Origin: Bugula neritina
Lineage: Eukaryota > Animalia > Bryozoa
Length of the DNA stretch: 64,000 bases
Reading direction: 5' to 3'
Assembly (NCBI GenBank): GCA_964035545.1
Contig: OZ037766.1
Location: 12,142,722-12,206,721 of the forward strand
Part shown: positions 13,501 to 28,500 of the stretch, in pieces
Numbering within the stretch: position 1 is the first letter of the stretch
How the letters are laid out: each line of letters opens with the position of its first letter
Position numbers and translations under genes: made by a program
The notes under the pieces: model-generated
What the model was told of the DNA's origin: nothing
Databases searched by the model: none
What the model saw: the letters and a program-made list of their open reading frames with translations, nothing else

Positions 13501-16500
13501 ACATATAATAACCATTGCTGCTATAGATAATACCATTACTTATCTTGTTGGTTTGGTTTTGACTGTACAATCACATTTACTGTTCTGTGTAAATGATGTG
13601 TATATATGCATGGAAAACTGTTATTTGGGTTTATGCTAAAGCTGTGTCGCTAGTACAACCTTGTAAAACTATCTGTAGGATGGGAGAACTGTTGAAGAGG
13701 TTTTGCCGGATGATAGTGTGGTTAGAAGAAGAACCTCCAGGAGTGGAGTATCGTCCAGCATTGATAGCAGTGGTGATTTGTTGACTTCTCGTAGAGCCCA
13801 ACGTGTATGTATAGTAGTCAATTCATGGTTCTTGTATTTGTGCTATATTCTATTCAAACATACTTTATGATATTCAGTGTTATATATATTTATTTTCTAA
13901 TACGGTTGTATAAAATAATTCCACATATGTTTTTACATAGTAGAGTATTAAATATAATAACCATTGCTGCTATAGATAATACCATTACTTATCTTGTTGG
14001 TTTGGGTTTGACTATGCAATCACATTTACTGTCCTGTGTAAATGGTGTGTATATATTCATGGAAAACTGCTAAAGCTGTGTCGCTAGTACAACCTTGTAA
14101 AACTGTCTGTAGGATGGGAGAACTGTTGAAGAGGTTTCGCCGGATGATAGTGTGGTTAGAAGAAGAACCTCCAGGAGTGGAGTATCGTCCAGCTTTGATA
14201 GCAGTGGTGATTCATTGACTTCTCGTAGAGCCCAACGTGTATGTATAGTAGTCAATTCATGGTTCTTGTATTTGTGCTATATTCTATTCAAACATAGTTT
14301 GTGATATTCAGTGTTATATATATTTATGTTCTAATATGTGCTGTACAAAATAATTCCATATATCATTACATAGTAAAGTATTAAATATAATAATCATTGC
14401 CACCATAGATAATACCATTACTTATCTTGTTGGTTTGGTTTTGACTACACAATCACATTTCCTGCTCTGTGTAAATGATATGTATATATTCATGGAAAAC
14501 TGCCATTTGGGTTTATGCTAAAACTGTGTCACTAGTACAGCTTTGTAAAACTATCTGTAGGATGGGAGAACTGTTGAAGAGATTTCGCCGGATGATAGTG
14601 TGATTAGAAGAAGAACCTCCAGGAGTGGAGTATCGTCCAGCATTGATAGCAGTGGTGATTCGTTGACTTCTCGTAGAGCCCAACGTGTATGTATAGTAGT
14701 CAACTCATGGTTCGTGTAGTGGTGCTATATTCTATAGCTCAAACATACTTTATGATATTCAATGTTATATGTGTTTATGTTCTGAGACATGTATAAAATT
14801 GATTGCATTGACTATATAGTAAGGTATTACATATAATAATGTAGAACGCCGACACTGCTCAGGAACTTGAGGATGATGACTCAATGAATATTGTAAGACG
14901 CTCTCGGACAAGCTTGCCTGGGCGCAGCAGAATTACCCATAGACGTATTGGAAGTGAATATAAGGCGGTAAGCTCATCAACGTTTTTTCTATGACTATTA
15001 ATACTTCTGCTGAAATCAAAACTTTAAAGATTATATATTTCAAAAATCTAAGTTTGAATATTTGTATTTTGTTTGGGAATTTTATCAAAGTCCATAAGTT
15101 GTCAAGTTCTGAACCGAAGTATTCAAGCAAGTCATTGTCTATCCCAGTGAATCTGGTGACATTCTCAATAATGTTGTGTCATATTTCTTTTGCTTACAAA
15201 TTTGCATTTTTAGTATTTCAAGCTGCAAGTTTCTGCAACCACACATTCTTATTACATATGTTGTTGCATGATATGACAGCATTGATGCTGACTAGATTGA
15301 TGTCAGTGTGCGGCTAATATTTCTAGTCAAATGAAGACCAATCAGAAGAAGGCATCTCTTCGAGTTCTCAGCATAGCTTTTCCTATGGAGGTGACGGTGA
15401 AAGCCAAATATTTCGTACAGGTTTAGAAGATAACTTGCATAGTGTGAGTAGTTAGTGAATGGCAATTTGACAAATGTAAATGCCATTCTTGTGATTTTGT
15501 GTGTTTCATGCTCCAGTTTTACTCTGCGTACATTTTAAAGGCAAATTTTAGGTAAATAAAAGAGAGTATGAACGAGATACCAGAAAAGACCCATTTTCTT
15601 CAACTTCAACTTCAACAACTAAATTTGAGTACGGAGAGAGTAGAGATACTGCTCCTACTTTACAAAAAGTAGAAGGCCTCCCAGAAGAAAATGATGATGT
15701 GGTGAGGAAGGAGCAGCCATATGTGTTGACCCAAGACCCGATAAGTTCACCCGTACCCAGTCTATCTCTGCTGTCTATTCCGTGCTTTACCCACGCTACC
15801 ACCATCCTTCTCACCATATATATGACTCATCATTTGACATTGTTTATAAGTAGTGCTCCAACTTTAGTATTGTACCCAGGGTTAGCGTAGTGTTGCATTG
15901 TAGACCAACAGTCACCTGCTTTTAGTGTATGTTATTACTGTTATCCCCGCTCCACTTTTATTGATATTTTTTGTTTAACTTAAAAAAAATTCTTTTCTAC
16001 TACTCACTTAGCTTGGGAGCCCTGCGTTCCCAAGTTCTTGAGTCAGTTTCAAATGTCATGTAATAAACTTGTTAGCATCTGTATCACTAAATATATACAC
16101 ATATTGTACATAAAGCACCATTTTTACATGTAGTAATATTATGGCAATAAACTATTCCAAACAAGAAAGCCACCGTCTGGTTATTGCATGCTATAATAAC
16201 TTTATATACTGCTGCTGTCCTTAGCAGTATTCATATTCACTTGCAGGAACTATTATATTATTTTATTATTATACTATTATATCGCTGTAAATATAATAAT
16301 AGTTGAGAGTGTATTTTGTAGCTGCTGGCTAAATATGATTATGGAGCTGAAAATGAAGTAAGAGAATGGATCCAAGCTGTAACTGGTACCAGTATTCCTG
16401 AAGGCCCAGATAATGTATACAGAGAGCTGAAAAGTGGAGTTGTGCTGTGCAAGTAAGAGTATAAACAACAGAAAATTCATGTCTTTTATGTCTTCAACCA

Positions 16501-19500
16501 TTTAGTAATTAGTACAATTTAGCTGTAACCTAATTTTTGGTAAACTTTTAGTTGTTAGATGCCTCTTATTACATGTTTAAAAAAACATTACACGGTAATT
16601 AAAAGTTGAAAATAGGCTATACTTCTCTTTTTTACACCTACAGTTATACTTTCTTCTTACAATCAATCTTGAAATAAATTAAACTTTTATGAAGAAATTT
16701 TATGTTTATGGTTGCCTGAAGCAAAAAGTTTCAACTGTATTTAGACTCTATGGTAACTTCATAGTCTTGAATAGTTGGTATTGATGTTAGTGATAGCTGT
16801 GAATTCAATGGAACACCTTAGCTTGTGTTTTAACATTTGGTTTGTCTCCTTTTAGCTTAATTTCTGCTCTTTATGATGGATCTTCTAAGTTATCTCCTGA
16901 AGCTCAAGCTTTCCGGCCAAGGATTAAGTCAAGTAACATGGACATTGCCTTTAAGCAGGTAAAGTTTCATAGCAGAGCATTCTTCTATTAGTATTGTGCT
17001 ACTGTCACTCTTTTGGCAGATTAGCAATTGAACTCTTCTGTTGTAAGATTCACACTTCTATAATAATTCCGTCAACTTATTTGGAATTTAATGTATTTAA
17101 ATTACTGATTATCTTAATAATTTATCTTTACTATAAAGTTTTAAAATACGGTAAAGTAAGTTCAGTATACCAGATCTTCATATATAGTAGTTTTCTTTCA
17201 AAATAATGATGTAAGGCTAAGAGATTTTATTACGTTATAATACTTGTAATTTATATGTAATAAAGTTGCATGAGTTTGCTTTTATTTTTCAATAATTATG
17301 TTGTATGATACGGTAATTATACTTATAGTTTTATGTATTCTGCAATAATTTCTATGTCAATATTTTCTTTTCTCAGCCTGACTGCATTTTTCCATACCTC
17401 ATTACTTACTGGCCTTTGCCAATTTCATAAAAAGTCTTAGTTTTTTCTCAGTAAATTAGTTGATCATGTTGTTAGGATGCTGATAAAAAAGATAACACTG
17501 AGGTTGGTTTTTGTACAGCTAAAGCTATTAGCTATAGCATACCTATTACATGTGCCACAAAGTTACCTGTCTCTATGTGTGTTCAGTTTAACAGAAGTGT
17601 CACTTTGCCAGCTGAAAAACTTGTATAATGCCCATTATAGTGAAACGTTCCTGTTTATGCTTATAAGATTATTTGCAACAGGACATTTCTTCCAAGAGTA
17701 ACTTGGTCAAAATAAAGTAAATACTTGAACAATAGCTGTTAAGTATTGCGTTCTGCAGTATACTGATAAATTCAATCATACATACTTTTATAAGTCTGAA
17801 TCATTGCAGCATATTTTGCTTGCCTCTGTCTAAATCCCGTACCCTGTACCTCGGTTATATCCTCAATACACCTGTATTGTACAGTGTTGACTGTATTGGT
17901 ATGTTGCAACCGTAAATGTTGTTCACCTTTCAGCGCCATGTCCTGATTGGGTGGCGGTATGTTGCAGCCGTAATTACTCCTCCAATTTGCACACTTTGTG
18001 ATGCAGGATGTAATATTGTCAGATTGCTTACTATATTACATGCATAATTGTGAAATTGTGTTATATATTTTACTAGTTACAATGAATGTAATAGTAATAC
18101 AGGGTGTACACTTTTATAAGTTTTATAGTTTTCAGCAGTAGCATGTGATGTATCACTTGTATAGTTATTAAAACAAATTGTTCAACATTTGTAGATGGAG
18201 AATATTGAGATATATTTGAAAGCTGCCTCTTTATATGGGGTTCCAATCACTGGCATCTTTCCAACTGTAGACCTATTTGAAAATAGGAATCTAGGTGCCG
18301 TCATAGCAGGTCTTCAATCACTTGGTAGTGAGGTAATGGAATACTTTGCTCTTGATCTACCGGCCCCTTCAACCCTTCAATTATGTTAACAATACTAGCT
18401 GGCTAACATTTCTAGTAGATTCTTCTTTGGTATTCCAAATAACGAAGATGCTAATGGTTGCCAAACTACTGTATGTTGTTATTTTTATGCTGATATTTCT
18501 CTCTTGTTTGACTCTGAACTTATTCAATAGCAGAAAATATTGATATTGTCAGGCACAGAGACATGAATTCAGTGGTGCTACATGCGGTCCCAAACCAACC
18601 GTAAAAAATAAGAGGAACTTTACTATGGAACAGCTCAAAAATGGCGACTCTATCATTGGTCTTCAGTCAGGTAGGTTATAATGCAATGAGTATCAGATGT
18701 GTTACTGGAATATAGTATTTTGTATGGCTTAGTGGTTTTAATGCATAAAATAAGTGGGTCTTTTAAACACATTCTGCTGATTTTCGTATCTGGATTTGAA
18801 AAATATTTAGAGAATACTTTGTTTTTAAATGTCTATTTATATTATATTACTGTGTTTTATACAATACGTGCACATGTATGTATATATCATTATGTGTAAG
18901 AACTGATATTTTCTTAAGTTTAAACTTTAAACAACTTTTTGGAGAAAAGTTAAACAATAACTGTATCTTAAGGCCAATAAGCACGTTTTATGCTGAAGAG
19001 TGGGCTGATGGAGAATTTGTGATGATAGCCTTACTGCATGTTATAAATTTCCTACATTAGAATGCATGTTTTCTGCAGTGAATGTAAATAGTGCAGTAGC
19101 TGTTGATCAGACAACTCTTAAACATTGCAACTGCAGAATTTGTTATTCGTTTAGTCTGTCATTCAACGTGATACAGTGTACCCATCTTTTGTTTTTTTCC
19201 AGATTTCTTTATCTAATTGCTATACATATTAATGAGAAGCAGTGTTTAACCATCATAGGGTGGGCAGATTTGGCTGGTTTTAACACTTGACACATCAAAC
19301 TAAATTATTTATTTAATTGAAACCTTACACCCCCAGTGCTACCTTCCTCTGTCCTGTCTTACCAAACCACCACCTAGTCTTGTGATTCTAGGTACCAATA
19401 AGTTTGCTTCACAAAAGGGAATGTCAATGGGTGCTGTCCGTCACATTGCGGACATCCGGGCTGATGACATGAATCAAAACGGGCAAGGAATTATCAATTT

Positions 19501-22500
19501 GCAAGCAGGCACCAACAAATTTGCCTCGCAGAAAGGAATGAGCATGGGTGCTGTTCGTCATATTGCTGATATTAGAGCTGATGATATTAATCAAGACGGG
19601 CAGGGATTTGTTCAGCTTCAGTCTGGTTAGATAAAGCTCTTTTGAATTTAGTATCCATTTTTAGAAAGCAATTTCTTAAATTCACTTTCAATTCTTCCAA
19701 CATTTAAAGTCTCATCTAAGACATTGACTATTTATTTCCAATATTCCTATAAAACTATGCCAAGTAGATTATTCCTTAATTCTTACTTTCTCACTGTAAG
19801 CCAACATGTAATAGGATCACAGCTGTTGATAATTACATAACCAAAGTTATGATAATAAGCTCCAAAGTCCTTTAGGTACTATTTACTAACTTTAGCAGTT
19901 ATGACTTTATGTAGGAATAAATAGTTTTCTATAATCTTCTTTGATTCAACATGCTTAAATATTTTGGATGCATAAATTTTTTTATATCATTAAATAAAAT
20001 TTGTGCCTTGACAGTGTTTTTGCCGCACATGCTGCTAAGCTCTCAGTAGTGTAAAGTTTCTTGATGGCTTAAACTAATCATAGATGCCAAGTGTTTGAAG
20101 GAAATAGTAGGCTTTATATGCTTTAGATGATATATATGTTTTCTGCCACCACCTACATTGCTTGATTGCACTACTTGTAGTACCTAAAATCTACTCAAAA
20201 TTGTAATGCTGTTAATTGAAATTTTTGGGATTCTAGTTTTGTATATGATGAGCTGGCAAAGTATAATCGGTAGCGATTTGATTTAAATGACGTCTAGGTA
20301 CCAACAAATTTGCTTCGCAAAAGGGAATGTCAATGGGTGCTGTCCGCCATATCTCTGATATTCGAGCCGATGATATGGATCAGAATGGACAAGGAATTAT
20401 CAATTTGCAAGCAGGCACTAACAAATTTGCCTCGCAGAAGGGAATGAGCATGGGTGCTGTTCGTCATGTTGCTGATATTCGCGCTGACGATATGAATCAG
20501 GAAGGGTGTGGTGTCATTGGCCTTCAGTCAGGTATAATTAAATAAGTCATTTAGAATTAGTCTCAAAGTGTCCTAGAATTCTGCATTGAAGAAAGGCTAA
20601 TGCTTCTTTCAATTCTTTTTTAAACTTGGTTTATGCAAGAATACTTGGAGTAACCTGTTTTAAAGTAAGCGCGGGCTATTGTAGGTACAAATAAGTTTGC
20701 TTCACAAAAAGGTATGTCAATGGGTAAAGTACGTCATATTGCCGACATTCGAGCTGATGATATGGTGCCAGAAGGGCATGGTCAAATACAACTTCAGTCA
20801 GGTACAAATAAGTTTGCATCGCAGAAGGGTATGTCTATGGGGAAAGTAAGGCATATAGCAGATATCCGTGCCGATGATTTGTCTCGGGACGGAATGGATC
20901 ACATTCAGTTACAGTCAGGTTTGTTTAGCTAGACATTGCTGCGAGGAGTTGAAGATTGTTGTGCATTCTTGCACGAGTCAGCTTGGGAAATTTGTTTGAA
21001 ACGGGGTGTCAGCATTACAATTTTGAGTAGATTTTAGTTTGCTAGCTAGCCACTTCCTGCTTGCTCTAATCCTTTCTCACCGGATCTCACTTTTTGCATA
21101 AAACTTGGCCTGTCGGGTGAGTTCTATTTAGCTAATTGTAGTAGTAGTAGCTAGTAGTAGTAGCAGCTGGTTATATGAGCTCTATAAGTTTGAAATTGCA
21201 TTTGTGTGACTTTGTGCATTGAGTAATTTTCTTAAATACTAACACACCTGAAGAGGGTGGTAGCTCAGCAAAATCTCAAGGAGTCGTCTACGGTTCGATG
21301 AGACATGCAGCTGACACCAAAGTTGAACCATGGATTGACCAGAAGGGTCAAGGCATTGTCACTTCACAAACTGGTACTTTATACGTATTTAAAAATTGTT
21401 AGATAACTGTTGATATGATAGAAAGGTTTTAGGTTAGTGACTTCAGTAACTATACATTTTGTAGAGAGTCTAGCATGAATCATTTCTAGTAAATTTAATG
21501 AAATTAAACAACTTAAATGATGACAAAAAGGAATTATTCGCATAGGTGCAATTGAGAGAAATTGTACGATTTTAAATTTGTAGAGCGTTGAAATTTTTTC
21601 CAATTTTTTGAATCCTACTTTCAAGCTGTCTGATCTTCAAACTTTGTCATATGCTGATTTTTACTTATTTTTTGCAAAACCTAAATGAAAATGATGAAAA
21701 GATTAAAAGAACTGTATATATTTTTAGAAAAAGAAAAAATGCATCAGTTGAACGATTGATTATTTAACTAACTTGTTACATTGACAAATAATAAAATGTA
21801 TTTGTAGGTGAAGTCCATGAGAACTTTACTCTACAGTTTGTGAGATTAATCACAGTTTAAAATTAATTCAGCAAAGATTATAATTATGATCATTATTGTT
21901 TTTCTTTACGTCCAGTTTCTAATAGTTGGCACTGTAATTTCTTGAATAAAATTGAAAGAAACAAGTGCAGCCCTGAAACAATCATGCAATATATATGCAA
22001 ATTATTTAAACTCTGTGAATTGATGAATATGAATTGGCCATTTTCATTTTACCATGCTTGATTAATGCTACAAAAATTGAAAAGAAGTTAATAATGGATT
22101 ATCCTCTTCCTGAGCAAACTAGAAATATTGGCGATTTGTTAACAATATAAAACCTTTTAAAATTGCTTAAGAAAGTTGTTATATTTGCCCTAGCCTACTA
22201 CCCTTTTAGAATAAATTATCAGAAAAATGAAATTTACTGACTTCTATGACAACTCGTCAACAAAATTCACACGCAGCTACTTTTACTTAATACACCCTTA
22301 TTAGAGGTTTCATCGCTAGGCGAAATGTAGTGTCTAACTGGGAAGTGTCTATCTGGGATGACACCTTATTAAATCTTGAGAGAATATACAAAATCATGAA
22401 AAGGCTAAAGAAGTTGATAAAGAAAAACGTAGTATACGATGAGAAAAGATTTGATGACCACGGATCAGTTTTCACAAACGCAGATTATTTTGTGTATAGT

Positions 22501-25500
22501 AAATTGTTGCTCTGTGAATGAGGTCTGTTATGGTTATATGTATGCGAATAATTTTTAACGTCTTTTTTTATAACAGAATAGCTAAAATCAGAAATGGCTT
22601 TGAAATTAGACTCACACTATAAAAATCAAAGCTATTTATGATTTCGGTCAACTAAAGTAGAAAAAACTATCAATAGGGGGACCAAAAGCTACAAAGTGTA
22701 TATAGAATTTTGGTTTTTGTACTTCAACCGGAATAAAAATAGTAAAGTATCTAAAAACATGTTTTGAGTATTAATAAAGGAACGCCATAGGCTCTAGATT
22801 TTAAAGCTACTGGAAGCAGAATGGAAATAAAAGCATGCTGTGGCGTTGCAACTATTTTATTTACCTCTACAGGTACTGGAGAACATGCATCTCTGAATGG
22901 AATGAATATTGGTAGTATTAGACATGCTTCTGATATTAGAGCTGAAAATGTTACTCCGCAATCTCAAGGAATACTAACTGAACAAACAGGTATACAATTT
23001 CGCTGAATGTTTTTTTATTTTGGCTTAGTTTTTCAATTAAAGGTGTTATTTTCTCAATTCATTCAATTTCTAGCCATTCAACATACTTTCATAGGTACTG
23101 GAGAACATGCATCTCTGAATGGAATGAATATTGGTAGTATTAGACATGCTTCTGATATTAAAACTGAAAATGTAACTCCACAATCTCAAGGAATACTCAC
23201 TGAGCAAACAGGTGTGTAATTTTGCTGTATGTCCTTTTAATTACATTTACTTGTTCAATTCAAGCTTTTAATTCTTTTAATTTATTCAAAATGCAATCAT
23301 TGAATATGCTTCGATAGGCACTGGAGAACATGCATCTCTGAATGGAATGAATATTGGTAGTATTAGACATGCTTCTGATATTAGAACTGAGAATGTTACT
23401 CCACAATCTCAAGGAATACTAACTGAACAAACAGGTATATAATTTTGTTGTATTTCATTTTATTTTAGTTTAGTCATTCAAATAAAGCTGTTAATTAACT
23501 TAATTTATTCAAAATGCAATCATTGAATATACTTCGATAGGTACTGGAGAACATGCATCTCTGAATGGAATGAATATTGGTAGTATTAGACATGCTTCTG
23601 ATATTAGAACTGAGAATGTAACTCCACAATCTCAAGGGATACTAACTGAGCAGACAGGTGTGTACTTTTGCTGTATGTCCTTTTAATTACATTTAGTTGT
23701 TCAATTCAAGCTTTTAATTCTTTTAATTTATTCAAAATGCAACCATTGAATATACCTTTCTAGGTACTGGAGGACATGCATCTCTGAATGGAATGAATAT
23801 TGGTAGTATTAGACATGCTTCTGATATTAAAACTGAGAATGTTACTCCACAATCTCAAGGAATACTCACTGAGCAAACAGGTGTGTAATTTTTTCTGTAT
23901 GAAAAAATATTTTGGTTTTATTTTATTCGATTAAAACTGTTTATTCGTTTATTTTATTTATAATGCAACCATTTAATATATTTTTATAGGTACTGGAGGA
24001 CATGCATCTCTGAATGGAATGAATATTGGCAGTATTAGACATGCTTCTGATATTAAAACTGAGAATGTTACTCCGCAATCTCAAGGAATACTAACTGAAC
24101 AAACAGGTATAATTTTTTCTGTATGGAAAAATATTTTGGTTTTATTTTACTCGATTAAAACTCTTTATTAGTTTATTTTTCTTATAATGCATTGATTTGA
24201 TCACTTTTTTATAGGTACTGGAGGACATGCATCTCTGAATGGAATGAATATTGGCAGTATTAGACATGCTTCTGATATTAAAACTGAGAATGTTACTCCG
24301 CAATCTCAAGGAATACTAACTGAACAAACAGGTATAATTTTTTCTGTATGGAAAAATATTTTGGTTTTATTTTACTCGATTAAAACTCTTTATTAGTTTA
24401 TTTTTCTTATAATGCATTGATTTGATCACTTTTTTATAGGTACTGGAGAACGTGCATCTCTGAATGGAATGAATATTGGTAGTATTAGACATGCTTCTGA
24501 TATTAAAACTGATGATGTTACTCCACAATCTCAAGGAATACTCACTGAGCAAACAGGTAACTGCATATTTTAAGATTGCTGGTTTCAGTCATGTATAAAT
24601 GTAATTTCCTTGAATACTCACTGAACAAACAGGTATAATTTTGCTGAATGTTTTTTTATTTTGGCTTAGTTCTTCAATTAAAGGTGTTATTTTCTCAATT
24701 CATTCAATTTCTAGCCATTCAACATACTTTTCTAGGTACTGGAGGACATGCATCTCTGAATGGAATGAATATTGGTAGTATTAGACATGCTTCTGATATT
24801 AGAGCTGAGAATGTTACTCCACAATCTCAAGGAATACTAACTGAACAAACAGGTATAATTTTTTCTGTATGGAAAAATATTTTGGTTTTATTTTACTCGA
24901 TTAAAACTCTTTATTAGTTTATTTTTCTTATAATGCATTGATTTGATCACTTTTTTATAGGTACTGGAGAACGTGCATCTCTGAATGGAATGAATATTGG
25001 TAGTATTAGACATGCTTCTGATATTAAAACTGATGATGTTACTCCACAATCTCAAGGAATACTCACTGAGCAAACAGGTAACTGCATATTTTAAGATTGC
25101 TGGTTTCAGTCATGTATAAATGTAATTTCCTTGAATACTCACTGAACAAACAGGTATAATTTTGCTGAATGTTTTTTTATTTTGGCTTAGTTCTTCAATT
25201 AAAGGTGTTATTTTCTCAATTCATTCAATTTCTAGCCATTCAACATACTTTTATAGGTACTGGAGGACATGCATCTCTGAATGGAATGAATATTGGCAGT
25301 ATTAGACATGCTTCTGATATTAAAACTGAGAATGTTACTCCGCAATCTCAAGGAATACTCACTGAGCAAACAGGTATTACTTTGCTGCATGTCTTTTTAT
25401 TTCGGCTTAGTTTTTCAATTAAAGGTGTTATTTTCTCAATTCATTCAATTTCTAGCCATTCAACATACTTTCATAGGTACTGGAGAACATGCATCTCTGA

Positions 25501-28500
25501 ATGGAATGAACATTGGTAGTATTAGACATGCTTCTGATATTAGAACTGAAAATGTAACTCCACAATCTCAAGGAATACTCACTGAGCAAACAGGTGTGTA
25601 ATTTTGCTGTATGTCCTTTTAATTACATTTACTTGTTCAATTCAAGCTTTTAATTCATTTAATTTATCCAAAATGCAACCATTTAATATACTTTTATAGG
25701 TACTGGAGAACATGCATCTCTGAATGGAATGAATATTGGTAGTATTAGACATGCTTCTGATATTAGAACTGAAAATGTTACTCCACAATCTCAAGGAATA
25801 CTCACTGAACAAACAGGTATAATTTTTTCTGTATGAAAAAATATTTTGGTTTTATTTTACTCGATTAAAACTCTTTATTAGTTTATTTTTCTTATAATGC
25901 ATTGATTTGATCACTTTTTTATAGGTACTGGAGAACGTGCATCTCTGAATGGAATGAATATTGGTAGTATTCGACATGCTTCTGATATTAAAACCGAGAA
26001 TGTTACTCCACGGTCTCAAGGAATACTTACTGAGCAAACAGGTAACTGCATATTTTGAGATTGCTGGTTTCAGTCATGTATAAATGTAATTTCCTGGAAT
26101 ACTTACTGAACAAACAGGTATAATTTTGCTGAATGTTTTTTTATTTTGGCTTAGTTTTTCAATTAAAGGTGTTATTTTCTCAATTCATTCAATTTCTAGC
26201 CATTCAACATACTTTCATAGGTACTGGAGAACATGCATCTCTGAATGGAATGAATATTGGTAGTATTAGACATGCTTCTGATATTAGAACTGAGAATGTT
26301 ACTCCACAATCTCAAGGAATACTCACTGAGCAGACAGGTGAATGCACATGTTATGATTGTTGGTTTCAATTTTATTTTTGCATACATTTCTTTTGATATA
26401 GTTGTTTATTTAAAACTAATAATTCGATTAAGTTATTTGAAATGCAGCCATTTAATATTAGTCTAGAGGTAACTTCCCAATGATGCTCGTAAAATTACAT
26501 TATTGCACTTTAATAGTCGACCACTGAAATTGTTCTTTTTCTCGATTCAAATTTTGTATTGATTCTGAATTTACAAGCTCTAGACTCCTATATTTACCAA
26601 ATTTAAGAAAAAAGGTGCATGCATTTGATAAGTGATTCAACTACGAGCGAATATTGTGCAAATTAGCATCCATCAATAATTAGCTGTCTATAAACAACAA
26701 AATCTGGTGAGATACCAAAATTGGTTGTTTCTTCTTTAAAGTTTTACACTGATTCTGATTTCATAAATTGCAAAATGCTCTTTTTATTCAAAACCTTGTT
26801 GTCAACAGAAACACATGTTTGCTGTATAAATGACGCATTACATATGGCAGAAGCATACGTGTAATAAGTAACTGAAAGAAGCCAGTTATGTATGATTAAA
26901 AGCTTTTTATGGTCAAAAAACATATCATGCATGCGTGTTGAAATCTTTTGAGCGTCGACCAAACGAATCTCCTGTTGATCTTTCAGTGATCATCAAATAT
27001 CTGCAAAACATGAACAAGATTCTGTAAATGTATTTTAAAATCACAAATTCTTCATGGGGATGATTAAAACATGCAATGTAAACTTTCTCGTGTCCAGCAA
27101 ATTACATGAAAATTATTTCTAAGTGGTGCTTTATTGTATAAAGTTTTCTAACCATCATTGCTATACATCCATCAATATCATTTGCCTCTTTTTCTCCAAA
27201 GGATCTTTTGTTTAGACAATCTTTGCATGGACATACAGCAGTGCATTGCATTGAAGACTTCTGACATTTACATCAGGATGTCTTGCAACTGGTTTTACAG
27301 CAGCAGTATATACAAGTACTTTTCAATGCATTCTCAGGCGCAATGGTTTGAGTCAATCAATTTATAGTCATGCTGCCATTCCCAACAATATTATCCTAAT
27401 ATTCTGGAGATAGTGTTGATAAAGGCAATTGTTGCCCTTCTCTAGATGGCTGCCTGGTAGCTTTTCTTACGCGCATTATAAGTTCATTTTTTTGGGGAAA
27501 GCTGCAAAATCCATTGAACCATCTTAGTTGGAAAACAGAATACAGCGCATCAAGCATCATCTATGCTTATTTACAAAAGTCCTTTTATTTAAGTTATTGC
27601 AGTTGTGACTTGAAGTACTTTCCAAGCTGTTCAAAGCTTTCAGCACGTTCTGAATGTTTTTCTCAATGAGGAGTAGAATGTGCACTTTCCTTTTTTATAC
27701 AAGTGCTAATGAAATCACAGCCTGCTAGAGTATGAAAGCCAGGGAGTGTTGCACACAACTCATATCCATGTTCATTTGCAGCAAAATTGGTATCTAAATA
27801 TCTCATGTTGCCATCAGGTTCTGTGAATGAATGTACATTTTCAAATAGTAATATATTGCAAATTTCGAGACTCAAGATAAAGACATCAATGTCTTGTGAC
27901 TTTATTATTCTACACTGATACACAATATTTTGCTTGTAAGATCATGTGTGTATGCATGTGTCTCATCATGATCTGAATTTAAACATTTGACTTTGGTTTT
28001 CTTATGAACTCTGCCATGTTTTGAAAATTCTAGCTAAATGCAGTTTTCTTTGAATGCAACAACTTTAAAAATCTAGCCATTTTCACCCTATTTTTTGCAC
28101 AAAATATGCATCTGAAATTTTTCTTGTTGCTAATTGCCAGGAAATTGCAAAAGTTGGCGAGAAATTTTTTATTTGAACAGCTGTTCCATGACCACGTATT
28201 ATAGCATGCTTTGATCTATCCATATACTTGAAATTGGTTTCTGAATGAGTCACAGAAAAAATCCATCCTGCAGGTAGAATAGATATAGGTTTTCACAATA
28301 ACTTTTTAAGGAGTAAATCACTATGGAAACCAAATGCAGGGGCAGTTTTCAGTTCTTGAAATTCTGTCATTTTATCAAAGATAATAGTGCAGTTTTAGAC
28401 GTGATGAATGTTTGAAACGTAGTACTCTGTGCTCAATTCTTTTCCAATAGCATTCATGAGAGCACATTTAGGTTCATAAAATTATTATATATAATATAAA

